Assembly (NCBI RefSeq): GCF_001194135.2
Contig: NC_068987.1
Location: 39,771,193 to 39,831,150, forward strand
Source of the DNA: Octopus bimaculoides
Lineage: Eukaryota
Direction of reading: 5' to 3'
DNA: 59,958 nt
How positions within the stretch are numbered: position 1 is the stretch's first letter; every line of letters begins with the position of its first letter. The position numbers and the translations under genes are program-made. Of the stretch, positions 36,741-50,439 are shown in pieces. Under the pieces are notes generated by a model. It saw nothing but the letters and a program-made list of their open reading frames with translations, was not told where the DNA came from and searched no databases.

Positions 36741-39417
36741 AGGGACTTTTGAAAACTCCTGTATTTTATACATGGTGCATTATTTCAATAGAAATAATAT
36801 AGTGAGCATATTAATCAATATTTGTGAATAGCTAATTTTATTTTCATTTTCAATTAAAGATGGAAGACAAGAATTCATTATGATGAAGGTTATCCTTCAC
36901 TGATGAGACCAGAATATGTCAACACATATCTGACATTGTCACCAGTATTTGCCAAATACATGAAAATAATGTGGACTCATATTGTTTTTTTGTTTTTTTT
37001 CATAAACAACAGCTCTCACTCTACTACTACTACTACTACTACTACAAGGAATAATAATATTACTTATTTGAAATCATAGCATAAAGCATATGTAATTTAT
37101 TTTGTATGTACAAATTGTAATTTCAGGAACCAACTGGAATGTTAGAATGCTAAAGACTTTTCCAAATATTCAATAATTCTATTATTTAACATAGTTTGCC
37201 AAAAATACTCAAAATAACACATTATACATTCTCTTGCTCATTAACCTGCAGACATTACTTTCCATTTTCCCCCTACAACCCACATCCCTAAACAGTGACC
37301 TTACTCTCGCTCAACAATAAGCCAGTGTAATTCCAATAAGACCTGTTTTGCACTAACAAATCATCCAACCTACACTGGAATGCGAAGTAGACTGACTCAC
37401 CTCCAACACTAGGTTCACATACTTAACTCACACCATTACCATTACCACTTTGGTTCTCCCCTTTTCCTTCACACTAGTCTCTGACATTACTCTTCTGGTT
37501 ACCATCTCCACTGCTCCATTAATCCTATCCCAATAGTGTTTGCTCTGTTACTCAGTCTATTTACATTCTCTCAATAAATCTATTTCAACCATCGTGGAGG
37601 TTCTTTTTCGTTTTGCAAGCTACACACTGATTTCCAACAGTGCTGCTACTACAAAAAGCATACAGTACAATCTGTAAGTTGATTGGTAATTTATTCAAAC
37701 AATTACACAGATCTTGAAAGGGCTCTTTAGACTTGATGACAAAACAGGCTTTATAGTGCTGGAGCCATGAAAAAAACTCACCAATATAACCACTTTCTTA
37801 TCACAGACATATCTCTGTAACAGGTTTGATAGCAGTTAAGTTCTGCTACAACAAGAACAGTATAGTAATCAGGCCATCTGAAGTTTTCATCATTCAACAG
37901 GGATTACACATTCAAGCAGAGCGTCTGTAGCTGTATCCTTTGCTTGCTTATGTTATGCTTGCTGAATGGAATAGTAATCAATGATAGTAAACTGACCAGC
38001 TTGTCAGGCAACCAATGCTTGGTACATCTTTTATAATCTCCTCCCCAATAATTTCAGTGAGCAAAGGCTTCTTAGACACAAGGTGTTCCACCCAATTCTT
38101 TTAACTAAGATTGAAAATTGCAATACTAAAATAAATCCCCTGTCATCTAGTATGCATATTTGTGGATGTATATTTCCAGATCATCAAGTTTGCATACTTC
38201 ACCACATACTCATTACTAAAGGACTTTGAATGCCAAAAATGGATAATATAGGTCCTTCAGTTCTTTGTTTCATACAATTCTGTGAATTAGATAGTTGTAG
38301 TTATGAGAAACATAATGTAGTGTGGTGTTTGAAAGTATCTATACTTTGTAGAGGTTAGAGTGACAAATGCTTGTATAACATAAATACTTTTTTCTAAGTA
38401 TCAGCTACTATGTTCCAGTGACAAGAAATTCTCAAAATGATTGGTAGGATCATCAAGTGGAGGTTTTATATTAGTTTCCTTCTTCTCATGTTAAACAACC
38501 AAGGCAACCCACAAGACAGTGGAGGTTTAAAATTTGGAGATTTCAGTCTTTTAGTTGAATGTTCTAAGTAGAACTAGGGGGTCCATTATCTCTTACAAGT
38601 GTCTCTATGCCACTGTGTCTTGTTACTAGATATGTGTTCATCTTATGCTGGGTACAACTGCCCTTTGACAGGTTTTGTTTTTCTGCTGCTGGACAGCATT
38701 GTTTGGAGCATCATGGCTCTTTTCAACATATGATACCTGTGATGATAGGCAGGCCTGTAGATAGTGCCATGCTTGCACTTGCAAACTAATATATTTCTCA
38801 TTGAATAACAATTTTATTCTTCCATCATTTAGTCACCACCTCATAACATTATTGTAGATATTTCCTCTTCTTATTTTTCCATGATACTTTAATCAGTTCC
38901 TACCATCTACTGACATACATTTCCTTTGCCTCACACTCATTTGTTTACTCTTTCAACCTATCTATCCTTCTCTCTTTCTATCTCTCTCACACACACATAC
39001 ACATAATTGATCACTTTCTCTTTTTGTACCAATGACAGACATTTTGTAAAATCAACTATTAACCAGCTGATGTTAAAATAAAATTTATGAATATTTTAAA
39101 AGAGCCTCCAAGGGGCTCGCATGAGCCAGTACATAACTCCAGTTACATGGTTTAAGAATATGAGATATAAATTTCCACCTGGATAGAACCACAGTTTATT
39201 TCAGATGACATTCCCAGAATACCTTACACTTACTTTCAAAGAAGAAACTAAATTAAGGCATGCAGAAATATGTCTGTCAAAAACAAAAATAAATTTTAAA
39301 AACATCTTTCAATAAATTCAAACTCATTAGCTGAAATGAGGTGAGGTGTTAATCTATTTTGTAACTGGTCACTTCTGTTGATTTTAGCAGCTAAATCTCA
39401 CTGAGTCAAATGTTTAA

Positions 39418-40479
39418 CCCTTTCGTTACTATATTTCTGACCAAAATTCACCCCTCATGAGTTTCAATTAAATTCTAAAATAATCATGAATTTAGACTAG
39501 TCTCATTAAACACCTGTAACTTTTTTATTTATCAACATATTAATGTGATATTTGGAACATAATTAAAGAAAGGGTTCTTAATCAATTCTATTGCATAATT
39601 TTTGTCTCTGGGGTACTGCTAGTGTCTTTCACATGTAAATATTGGTTCATCTTCACGAATCGTACTCGTTCATAATACTGGAAATATATTCATCGTCAAA
39701 AGGTTCCTGATCGCTCCAGTAATTTGTTTTTCTGGGTAACTGTCTAATACCCATAATAATATTTATGGCAAAAAATGCCCGTATTTCATCTACAGTTGCA
39801 GGAAACCACAAGCTATCTTTTTTTCGGTTTGTTTACATTCTGCNNNNNNNNNNNNNNNNNNNNNNNNNNNNNNNNNNNNNNNNNNNNNNNNNNNNNNNNN
39901 NNNNNNNNNNNNNNNNNNNNNNNNNNNNNNNNNNNNNNNNNNNNNNNNNNNNNNNNNNNNNNNNNNNNNNNNNNNNNNNNNNNNNNNNNNNNNNNNNNNN
40001 NNNNNNNNNNNNNNNNNNNNNNNNNNNNNNNNNNNNNNNNNNNNNNNNNNNNNNNNNNNNNNNNNNNNNNNNNNNNNNNNNNNNNNNNNNNNNNNNNNNN
40101 NNNNNNNNNNNNNNNNNNNNNNNNNNNNNNNNNNNNNNNNNNNNNNNNNNNNNNNNNNNNNNNNNNNNNNNNNNNNNNNNNNNNNNNNNNNNNNNNNNNA
40201 GCATGAAACTCCTCTCTATCTTCAAAGTTGAAAAAAATTAACGCCACAAAAAATGTGGAAAAAAATCTTCCAAAATTCACTGAGTTCAAATATCACGCCA
40301 AACAATGTCGGAGACAATAACTCAACTGTTTGCAAAGTGAAATCAGGTGTTTTAACGAATGTACTAACGAGATTTGGGTTCAAATATACATTTAAATAAC
40401 AATGGGTACGCTCGGCCGGCTACGGCCGCGTTAGTCTTATGAGTCAAAAACTTTTTCGGCCGGGTTAGTAACGAAAGGG
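39418..40479. mobile_element. piggyBac-like non-autonomous element interrupted by an assembly gap
   Basis: TTAA|CCCTTTCGTTAC at 39414-39429 and GTAACGAAAGGG|TTAA at 40468-40483: a perfect 12-bp TIR with TTAA on both sides. Confidence 0.7.
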
Positions 40480-40886
40480 TTAAGTGATTAAATTTAGGAT
40501 AAGACAATGTATTACATTTAAAAGATATAGGAGGGCACCATGGCCATAAATAAGACAAATAATTCTTTAATCAGCTATTTTTCATGCTGCCTTAGTCAAG
40601 TTTTAATTCATTTGAATTTTGGAAAGAACTGTTTTTTTTTGCCTATCTTGATCAGAATTAACCATAGAAGCTAATGATTTATTTTCTGTTTACTATGCAT
40701 GTAACTTTAATAAATAATTAGACAATTTTTGCTAATTACATTAAATATGTCAGCTCCCATTTAACTACAGAGACCATCTATGAGAAACCTTTCTCCATCA
40801 CCAGTCACTCTCTTATTTGTACAAATAGGATCAGGACAATTCAAACATAGTAACAACAAACACACAATATCTCTCTCTCTCTCTAT

Positions 40887-40917
<31 letters not shown>

Positions 40918-41008
40918 ACACACTCACTTGCTAGCTTTCCTCAGCCTTCCTCTATAATTTTCCTCTCTTACTGATGCTCTCAATCCAAGAACCAAAGGTG
41001 AACCTTAC

Positions 41009-41101
41009 CGCATAAGAACCTATAAGAAAAGCAGCGTTCACTCTCTTGCGACCATCTAAACTGGTGTAGTGGATTATCTTCTTTCTGCTAAGGTTGGTAG
41101 A
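41009..41101 (-). CDS. CDC14: CDC14 dual-specificity phosphatase, internal coding exon (93 bp, phase 0/0)
   Basis: ttgtttcag|TCT...GCG|gtaagg. Translates [31 protein letters not shown], matching the CDC14A segment [31 protein letters not shown] recalled from the human protein. Confidence 0.96.
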
Positions 41102-44100
41102 CTGAAACAAAAATGTAAAATAAACATATTAGACTATTTTGTAAGACTGGTACAAGGCAAACAAATATGGAAGGAAAGGATGGAGTGTGCAGTCACCTAA
41201 ACCAACAAGCTAATATTAACATAAAAATTATTAAATATCTTAAAAGAGCCACCATGGTGTTCATTCGAGCTAGTGCTTAACTACACTTACATGGTTTTAA
41301 TGCAGATGAGATATGTATTTCTTCTGGATAAAATCATAGTATATTTTAGATAACATTTTCAGATCTTGCACTTATTTTCAAACAAGGTGAATTAAGACAG
41401 AGAAATAAACGAGCTTCTGTTCTGATACTTATTTTATTTTACATTTGAGAGATAAAAAAAAAAAGAGGTCAGCTGTATTGTGATTTAATTATACAATATA
41501 GAAGGATTAAACTAAATACACAAAGGAATTTAGGCTAACTATCATTTTCACAAAATTACTTCACCGAAAGAAACAATAATAAATGTGTATTTTTATGTGT
41601 ATGGTGCAGGATGGAAGGGTTAAGTTTGTTATGCAATCATGAAGTCCAAGGTTCAATTCCATTTCTTGGTATCTTGAGAGTCTTTTACCTTTGCCTCAGA
41701 TCACCCCAAACTTGTGAGTGAAACTGGGTAGATAAAAATTGTGTGGAAGGCCACTGGTTGTATTGTGCCTGTAGCTCAAAGGTTCAGCCTTGCATAAGTG
41801 GTCATGTGCTGATTCTGCTTGGAGGATGCATGTGTATATAAAATAGCCAACCACTTGCATGCAAATGCAATGAATGGTTAGCTGAGTTGATCAAATAAAT
41901 GAATACTCATCACTGAAATTAGTGACAATCCATTTATAGATGTTGTTCAACTCAGATCAATCCTAGTTCAACAAAATATCATCAAAAGTATTTCAACCTT
42001 GACTATTCAAAATGTCTTTCATTTGTTTAAGACAGCAGTGCATGATCCAAACAAGTTTGGCTACTGCTTATAGCAGATCAAACGACCACATAACAGCTTC
42101 TTTGTTAGTTCATGTGTAGACTTGTGATCAAATGTATTCCAACCATGACCATCCTATCATTTTCCCATGTACAAGGAGCCCATACATTATCAAATAAGTA
42201 GGTGGGGTGTAATTTGAGGGATTGGTTTATTCTTGTATATGTTGCAGGTGATAGAAATTTAGAATATTGTTAGCTTATGGGTCAAATGTGGACACCTGTA
42301 TCTTTAGGAATTACTCTAGGTGTTTGTTTGCCGAATTTGAGCTCATAATCTGTAGATCTATATAACACATTCACTCAGTCACTCCACCTTTATCTGTCTG
42401 TCTGTCTGTCAAGCTGTAGAAACACACACATATTAACAGAGGCATGCATATACATACGACTATATTAACAAATACATTCACAGTACAAATATACATTATA
42501 GAAGTGTATATACATATACAAACACTCACTGAGACATATAAACAAACATACATTACATACAGCTGCAAACACATTAACAGAGGCCTATGTACTTGTTGAG
42601 ACTTTTATCAATAATCTCTATTGCATGAAATACTAAATCAAAGCAGATGTATTAGAAATTCACTTAAAATAGATTTTTAATTAACACCCAATGAATTAAA
42701 CTTATTAAAATACAAACTGTTATGTTTCCCTCGGACTGACTCGCAGAGATAACATAACGAGTTATACAATTTAATTATTACATTTATTGTTCAATTACAT
42801 ACAAAGAACGCACTCACCCAATGTTCGTTATGAATAAACAAAAGTCATGTCCGCCATATATATATCAATGACATTTTACTACGACAGTCCCACAAGACAA
42901 CAACAATGAAAGTCCATATAACACAAACTATATTCACATGCATTATATTCTGCTTTGATGAGTGATCTAGCTAAACATTTATATTTTTGTTTCCTTTTTT
43001 AAATAGAATTTCAGAACAAGAAAAAAAGAAAAAGATATACAAGTGTCCAAGTTCAAAGCAACTCTTGTCTTATAGTGTGGTCAATAATTAATTTCTGATC
43101 TTCAGCAGTTTATAAGTTAAATGGTGGATACAATATCATTATGTTATTAAATTACAGGATATGTTCTGATATGTTCATCTTTATTTTAATTCTAAGTCAT
43201 TCTTATACACTTCAACTTTTCTTGCTGCTCTTAGAAAGGTCTAGCAAATTTACATTCTAGTTATCTTGAGGACAACCATTTTTGAACTCCTGAAAAATTG
43301 CCTCAAGGACAATGATGAGAAGAGAATTATGAGCAGAGCACATGGAGTCAAATTCCTCATTAAATAAGGGTATCTCTACACAGTCTCTCATCCTGCTAAA
43401 AGAATCAGCCAAACTTTTTTCAAATCACATTCTATTGAAAGGGGGGGAAAAAAACACAAGCTGTTCAAAGCTAGTGCTTTCATCAGAGATTTGCTCATCT
43501 TGGGCTAATTTAGGATTAACCAACACTATTTATCATTAACTTAATGGGCAGTGACAGTAAAATCATTAACATGATTTAAATTGTTACACTAACTCCCAAC
43601 TCTCAAACATTTTAAAAACTTGCTCAAGTGAAATTCTTGGTGGCATAAATAAATTAGAATAGTTTCAAACAGTAATCAAAACTAAGTTGTGGACTTGACA
43701 CATCAAGAACTTATATACTCAATACTACATTCCACACTGGTGTACAAGTTTAGGTATGCTGGTGTGGGTCTGAATGAATGCATATTGTAATTGCAGCTTA
43801 AAGATCTGGAAGATATTGAGAGCTAAATCATTTGAGTGCCAGTAACGTGTTTGGTGATTCACATCATATCACAATTCACCAAGATTAAAGTAGGTACTGC
43901 AGGTGATAGAGTTCATTTTTGTGCTCTCCAATAGCAATTTGTTGGTCTTCAGTACAAGGCTCAATTCCTGTTGTGGGAAAGCCGTCTGCCATACACTAGT
44001 GTCCTAGTCAATTAAATTATAATTTCTCATCTGCTAAACACCACAGAAACTACAGATAAGTACTAAATCCATGGATTTTTGAGGTTAGAAAAGGATTAGG

Positions 44101-44779
44101 TCATAACTGTTTATTTCAAATAGGCTGGAGACATTTTGTTGTGCATTTGAATCATTCACCTATTTTAAATGAATGTCATGGAGAGATATTAGATCACCAG
44201 GGAATAGTTACAATAGACGGGTGTTTTATCCTGGAACTGCTCAGCACTAAGATCATTAAACCAGAATTAAGTACTAACTTTTAATACATTTCTTGGGCTT
44301 GAGGGAATAAACATAAATAACTGGCAGGGAACTAACAGAGTTGGTTGAGTGTCTGATAGAATGAACGCCTCACAATATTTGTTCTGCCTCTCTGCATTCT
44401 GAGTTTAAATCCTGCTGAGGTCAACTTTATCTTTCATCTTTTCGGGTTTGATCAAAAATAAAGTACCATCCTAGAGTGAGGGACTGACAGAAATGCAAGA
44501 ACATTGAACTGGATACCATGTGGTATTTGTTCCGACTTTCTGTATTTAAATCCAACCATGGCCTAAGAGAGTAGTACACTTAATCTCAACTCACAGAGAT
44601 GTGAGTTCGAGTCTCATAGCTGGCTGGTAACGTATTTTTCTGCAATATATGGATAATTTATCCAGATCATGCTATTTATAGCATTATCACGCGTTTGAGA
44701 AATAAAATTGTTTGCTTTTTTTTTTCTATTTCCAATTATTTGAAATCTTCCTGTAAGTATGAAACTGGTTTGTAACAGG

Positions 44780-45050
44780 GGTACAAAACCCCATCACTGG
44801 AATGTAGATAACAAAAATAATGTCAAAAGTTATTGACCACTTTACTTATCTGGGCAGTGAGATTCATAGTGGAATTACCTATGAGTCTGAAGTCCTAAAA
44901 AGACTCATGAACTGGTGCAGTTATGGATTTATTTAACAAGGGTGTTTGGTACTGCCAATATCTGAGGACAAAGGTTCAGGTTTTTAGGTTTCTGGTCCAC
45001 CCTGTCCTGCTCTATGTTTGTGAGACTTGGACACTGTCTGGGGTCCTACA
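44780..45050 (+). mobile_element. Decayed RTE C-terminal fragment
   Basis: FTYLGSEI...RTKVQVFRFLVHPVLLYVCETWTL, the RTE 'vLLYGxETW' region. Confidence 0.7.
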
Positions 45051-45084
45051 GAACCAGTCCAGGAACTTTTTGATAACACCTCAT

Positions 45085-45378
45085 ATCATCATCATCATCA
45101 ACGTTTAACGTCCGCTTTCCATGCTAGCATGGGTTGGACGATTTGACTGAGGACTGGTGAAACCGGATGGCAACACCAGGCTCCAATCTAAATTTGGCAG
45201 AGTTTCTACAGCTGGATGCCCTTCCTAACGCCAACCACTCAGAGAGTGTTGTAGGTGCTTTTACGTGTCACCTGCACGAAGGCCAGTCAGGCGATACTGG
45301 CAACGGCCACGCTCGAAATGGTGTCTTTTATGTGCCACCCACACAAGCCAGTCCAGGGGCACTGGCAACAATCTCGCT
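45085..45378 (-). mobile_element. RTE 3'-tail copy in reverse orientation
   Basis: (ATC)n followed by acgtttaacgtccgctttccatgctagcatgggttggacg...tttctacagctggatgcccttcc, the reverse complement of 54900-55180. Confidence 0.85.
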
Positions 45379-46718
45379 TCATGTTATTATATAACTGATA
45401 AAAGTAAGTAAGTGGGATCAGGATTAACAATATATTTAGTATATGCTAAAATCACTACAATTTTTAACAAGGTTTTTGTTATTTCCAGTTTAGTCATCAA
45501 AGTACAACTGTACAGATTAAATAGTTGGCTGCCCATATGATCTCTATATATAAATCTTTATTACAAAATACAAAAGAAAGATGTTAACCATTCTAAAATT
45601 AATCACAATGTTTAAGTAATTTGTATTTATTGACAAAAATTTAATTTGTGAACACAAACTAAAATTGAAACAACTGTAACATATAATTTTACAGTCCCAT
45701 TTTGAGGATGCCAGATATGTAAATGAATTAAAACTAGGATTAAATATTGATCACTGACAGGGAACTCTACAATCAATAACATGAAAAAAATTATCTAAAA
45801 TAGACTGTAGCTCAACATAAGAGAGATACCAAGAGGGCAATGGGATAAAGAGTACAGAAGACAAGTATAACTTTAAAAAATAATAATGATAAATCAATTT
45901 ACATTAAATGAAGAGGAACAGCTAATGATGTAATCATGATCTCAAGGATGTAGTCTTCTAAGATATTTCAGTCTCACTTGGTAACTTTTGTTGCCAACTG
46001 GAGTAATACAGAACAAGCAATAACAGACTGCTATTAATTTTATAGTGGACTGAGTATATTTAAGAACTACTACCTTTATGGACAAATAACAAGTAACATC
46101 ATATGATATTTAAATCCTAGAAACAAGTTTAAAATAATAGAATATTAATGTTCTGCAATATATATATACATACACACACAGTTGATTGAATGAATTAACC
46201 ACGTAGATAGCTAGAAAAATTACTTATGTTTATGGATGCAACAGCACTCAACTCCCTGTGGTTAATGTCTGGCATGACAATATCTAAATTACAATAAATA
46301 AATAGAAGACAAAATGCTTTGTACATTAAAGATATATGCATGTGTATTTTATGTTAACATACATGTCTGTATGTATGTTTATATACAGAGAGAGATTTTC
46401 CTCCATTGGTGGCAATGACAAGCATTGCTTTCCCAATTGACCTCCCATGTCTCACATACCTTCAATGTGGACATTACGCAATCCTTAGTTGTCTTGCAAA
46501 TTTAGAGTGTCTTCGTGAATGCATGCATGCCAGTGTTATTAATCCAATCTGAAACGTGTGATATCTAGATACTGAGTATTGAAATATTGCAATAATAACA
46601 CTTTTACATCATTTTACTGTCTTGTTCCTAAGGAATTTCATTAAGGCAAAAGAGTTAAAAGACCCTTGCAAAGAGCATCAATAGTGATCTCAGAGGTCAC
46701 TTGAACAGAGAAGGAATA

Positions 46719-47580
46719 CAAAGATGGTATCAAAAAGTTCTCGGACTAGTTTCTGTAGCATGCTGATATGGCTGCGTGTGCAGTGAGAGCTAGCAGTGGC
46801 ATTCATGAGGCAGTGTGCTGAGTGACATTGCTGCGTCACATCGCAAGTTGTGAAATTTGTGTTTATTGATTATGTGTATGTTGTAGTCTGTGTTTTTGTC
46901 ATGGACCAGTCCGTGTTTAGTCAATTGCACTGAACTCGAGAAGTTTGCTAGAGAGACATTGAGTATACTTTGGCAAGCTTATTGTGACAAGGCAATGGAT
47001 CATACACAATGTTTCAAGTGGTATGGGTACTTCAAAAGCAGAACATCCCTGGAAGACAATGAGCAATCAGGAAGACCTGCCACAAGCGTCACATTGTGCA
47101 TCGAGAATTTGTCACCCAGGAAAAGACCATCAATTGAGAGTTCTACTGCAACATTTTGAAGCATTTGAGGGAGGACATTTGGTGAAAGCAACCGGGCCTG
47201 TGGAATGCAAGGAATAGGATTCTTCACCAAGATCTCCTCACTCATGAGTTTCTTGCCAAAAACAACATGGTATCACTTCTGTACCCACCCTATTCACCAG
47301 ATTTAGCACCTGGAGACTTCCATCCCTTCCCCAAGATGAAAATACAGCTCAAAGGTTGCTGTTTTAATACCGTTGTCGAGATCCAGAGCAAATTGTAGAA
47401 AGTCCTCGATTCGCTTACAGGAAACAACTTCCAGGATAGGTTCCAAAAGTGGAAGGAACACTGGGGCTAGAGTATTGCTGCGCAATGTAACTATTTTGAA
47501 GGAGATAATGTTAAAACTTAGGTAAATAAGTTATTTTTTATTAAACATAACTAGTCCAAGAACATTTTGTTACCACCTCT
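46719..47580 (+). mobile_element. Internally deleted mariner (DD34D) transposon
   Basis: TIRs agatggtatcaaaaagttctcggactagtt and aactagtccaagaacattttgttaccacct with TA on each side. HTH remnant ETLSILWQAYCDKAMDHTQCFKWYGYFK...EDNEQSGRP and catalytic motif PPYSPDLAPGDF...KMKIQLKG. Confidence 0.9.
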
Positions 47581-47829
47581 TAGACTTGATGATATGTAAA
47601 CACATACCTCCATTAAATAGACTCAAGAGGCAGTCAAACAGACGGTGAACTGACTTGAACATATGTTAACAAGAGCATCTATTGCATGGACTTAGGAAAC
47701 AGCCAAGAATAGGATGAACCAACTTAAAGATATGCAAACATGAGCCTCCATTGCACAGACTCAGGGGACAGCTGAGCAAATGTGATGGACATGCAGCAAG
47801 CTCATGTGATGAGTTAATCCTCTGGAGTG

Positions 47830-48180
47830 CAACAAGGTAGCTGCTTCTGATAACCGGGGAGGAATTTCAACAATATGACATTGTGAATGACACCATAACC
47901 AAAATGAGCCTCTTCAAAGTATCAACAAATTTCACAGATCATACAACACACTCCAGTACCCATCATCTTTGGTTCAAGGAGAGGACAGCTACCATTTCTA
48001 TATTCTCAAGACTGACCCAATATTAAAAAAGAAAACTCCTAAGGTTTCTTGTAAGGAATTTTATGCTTTCCACTTCATGTCAAGGGATAAATTATTTAAC
48101 ACCTCTCAGAGAGGTCAAAACCTATTCCACCAGCTTGCTGTCAACATGTTTACCAAAGTTAAAGAAGAGATATTGCAGAC
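47830..48180 (+). mobile_element. Helitron RepHel N-terminal fragment
   Basis: GEEFQQYDIV...HRSYNTLQYP..VQGEDSYHF...KVSCKEFYAFHFMSR...NLFHQLAVNMFTKVKEEIL, matching the Helitron HRSYDALQYP...GEDGYH...YAYR...LFHQFxVDMYAKIE segment. Confidence 0.8.
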
Positions 48181-50439
48181 AAAGCCACCTTTGAGGTGTC
48201 CTGTCCAGCAAGTTACTGAGTGACCTTACTGCAGCCAGTGCCACATAGAAAGTACCCAGTATATTCTGTAAAATAGTTGGTGTTAGGAAGGACATCCAGC
48301 TGTAGAAATCATGCTAAAACAGACAGTATTACTTGGTGCAGTCTCCTGCCTTGCCAGTTCCTGTCAAACCATCCAACCTATGCAGGATGGAAGGAAGACA
48401 TTCAATGATGATGATGATTTATTTTGGTTAAGTCAGTCTGAGTTTCACCTGAGCTATTTTTTCTATTCCATTTATTCAATGCATTCTTTGACCATTCTAA
48501 TACCAACCTGCCCTATTTCAAACCCTCCAATCTTCATTTACTTTTTTTCTTACTCTTTTCTTACTCCACTGTTTTTATTTTCATTTTCTTTTTTGTTGTC
48601 CTCAAAACATTCTTTTTTTCCCCTTTATCATATTTTCTTCCCATCACCATACCCTATGTCAGGGTACAAACTCCATCCTTTTTACAGTCATAAATTGCCT
48701 GAAGACTTGATGCACCCACTGGCAAAACTCAGTGCAGCAGGAGACTAATTCAACCAAAATAATATATACATACCTATCACAACACATACTCATTTTATGT
48801 TAATTTTTCTGTATTTGCATGTCACTAAACTTCAAATCACTAATCCTTACCTATTTTGCAAGTAAAGGATCTCTTATTTCACATGTGTATGAAGGTGCAA
48901 AACAAGCAGACAAGTTGTTGACAGAACAAGCGAGAACGAGAACGACAATGCTTTTAGTAACTGTCACCAAGTGCAAATAAGTGTTAATTTCCATATAAGA
49001 AGGATTATTTTTTGGCTTTCCCCAGAATGTGTTGGGAGTGTTCATTACTCATGAGATCAGATTAGCTCAAAACCTGATGATCTACCAATGACATTCTGAC
49101 AGAGACACATGTTTTCTATTTTTTTACACACTAGTCTTTTTGAGAAGTTTCTCTGAGACAAAATATTACAGCAAGTGCCATTCTATATTCACACATGCAC
49201 ACACACACTATAAATGTTATACACTTCATTATTTTAATCTACTTCTATCTCAGGTGCATATATTATGTATGTGTGTCTATATATATATAGAAGTACGCAT
49301 GTATGTGTGTATATATATATATATATCTATTCTAGACTCTTCATCTCTGATTCTATATGTCCTTGTCATATACTTAGATTCTTATAACTGTTCATTGGTA
49401 TGCTGCATTAATTAGATAGATCATCATGCTGGTATATTGTTAATTATATGTATCATATGTGTTAACACAGTCAATTGAATTATGCTCATTGCATTACATA
49501 AATGATAGGATCATCTGAAATCATACAAAACCAGCCATATTGGAATATACCTGATGAATGCAATCTCATGTTAGGGTTTCATTTATGGGCAAACATATAA
49601 CTTGCACAAATATTGTGTGTGTGTGTTTTAAAAGCAAAGTATGAGAGATATAGATGTGGAAAATTAGATGACTTGACACTTAGTTTTCCCAAGAATACTG
49701 ATAAAATCAGTAAAGCATTTATGTTGATAACATTGGAAAAAATGTGAAGTTGCAGCCAGCAAATACAGGTATTTCCCTATCCCATCTCAACAAACAGTAT
49801 GCATGGTTAAAAAATAAATTTTGCCTGCCATAAAGCCAAATTCTCTACTACATGTAAATTTTATCCTATATTCATGGGAATGATATGGTAAAACAACTAT
49901 TCTCTTTCTCTGCTGAGCTGTCAAATATGTGTAGACTCTTGTATAACATATCAGTTGACAGTTATGCTAATGATGATCTCCATCATTATTATCACAATCA
50001 TAATTGTTATGGTGGGAGTAATGATAATCATAGTAACAGCAATAGTGATATTGTAAGATGATAAATGAGGATGAATGATGATCCATGTTTATGATGATGA
50101 TCCATGTTTATGATGATGGTGATAATGATGAATGATGATGATGATGGATAATGATGAATGATGATGATGGTGGATAATGATTTAGTGATGATGATAATGA
50201 TGTTGAGGACAATGATGGTGGAGCTAACAGTAATTCTGTCAATGACATTACCCATAATTCACTTGTCTCTACACTTCTCATCACCTTCGCAGTGTCCAAC
50301 CCACTACTTAGGCCCTACACTAAGCACAGTTACTTGGTTTTTGCTAATTAATTTTAAAGGCCTTTAATTCCAGGTTTGTTTTCAGCCATAAGAACAAGTT
50401 ATCAATATAGAGAAGTTTCCATGGGCAACCAGTCTTAAA

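Noticed and set aside
44555-44625. tRNA-like sequence (tggcctaag...gtgagttcgagtctc)
   Set aside because: It has A/B-box remnants but no complete cloverleaf, so it is most likely a SINE head rather than a tRNA gene.
48851-49045. 64-aa minus-strand ORF ending at a gtaagg donor-like site
   Set aside because: No similarity to the CDC14 N-terminus or any family I recognise, and no convincing acceptor.
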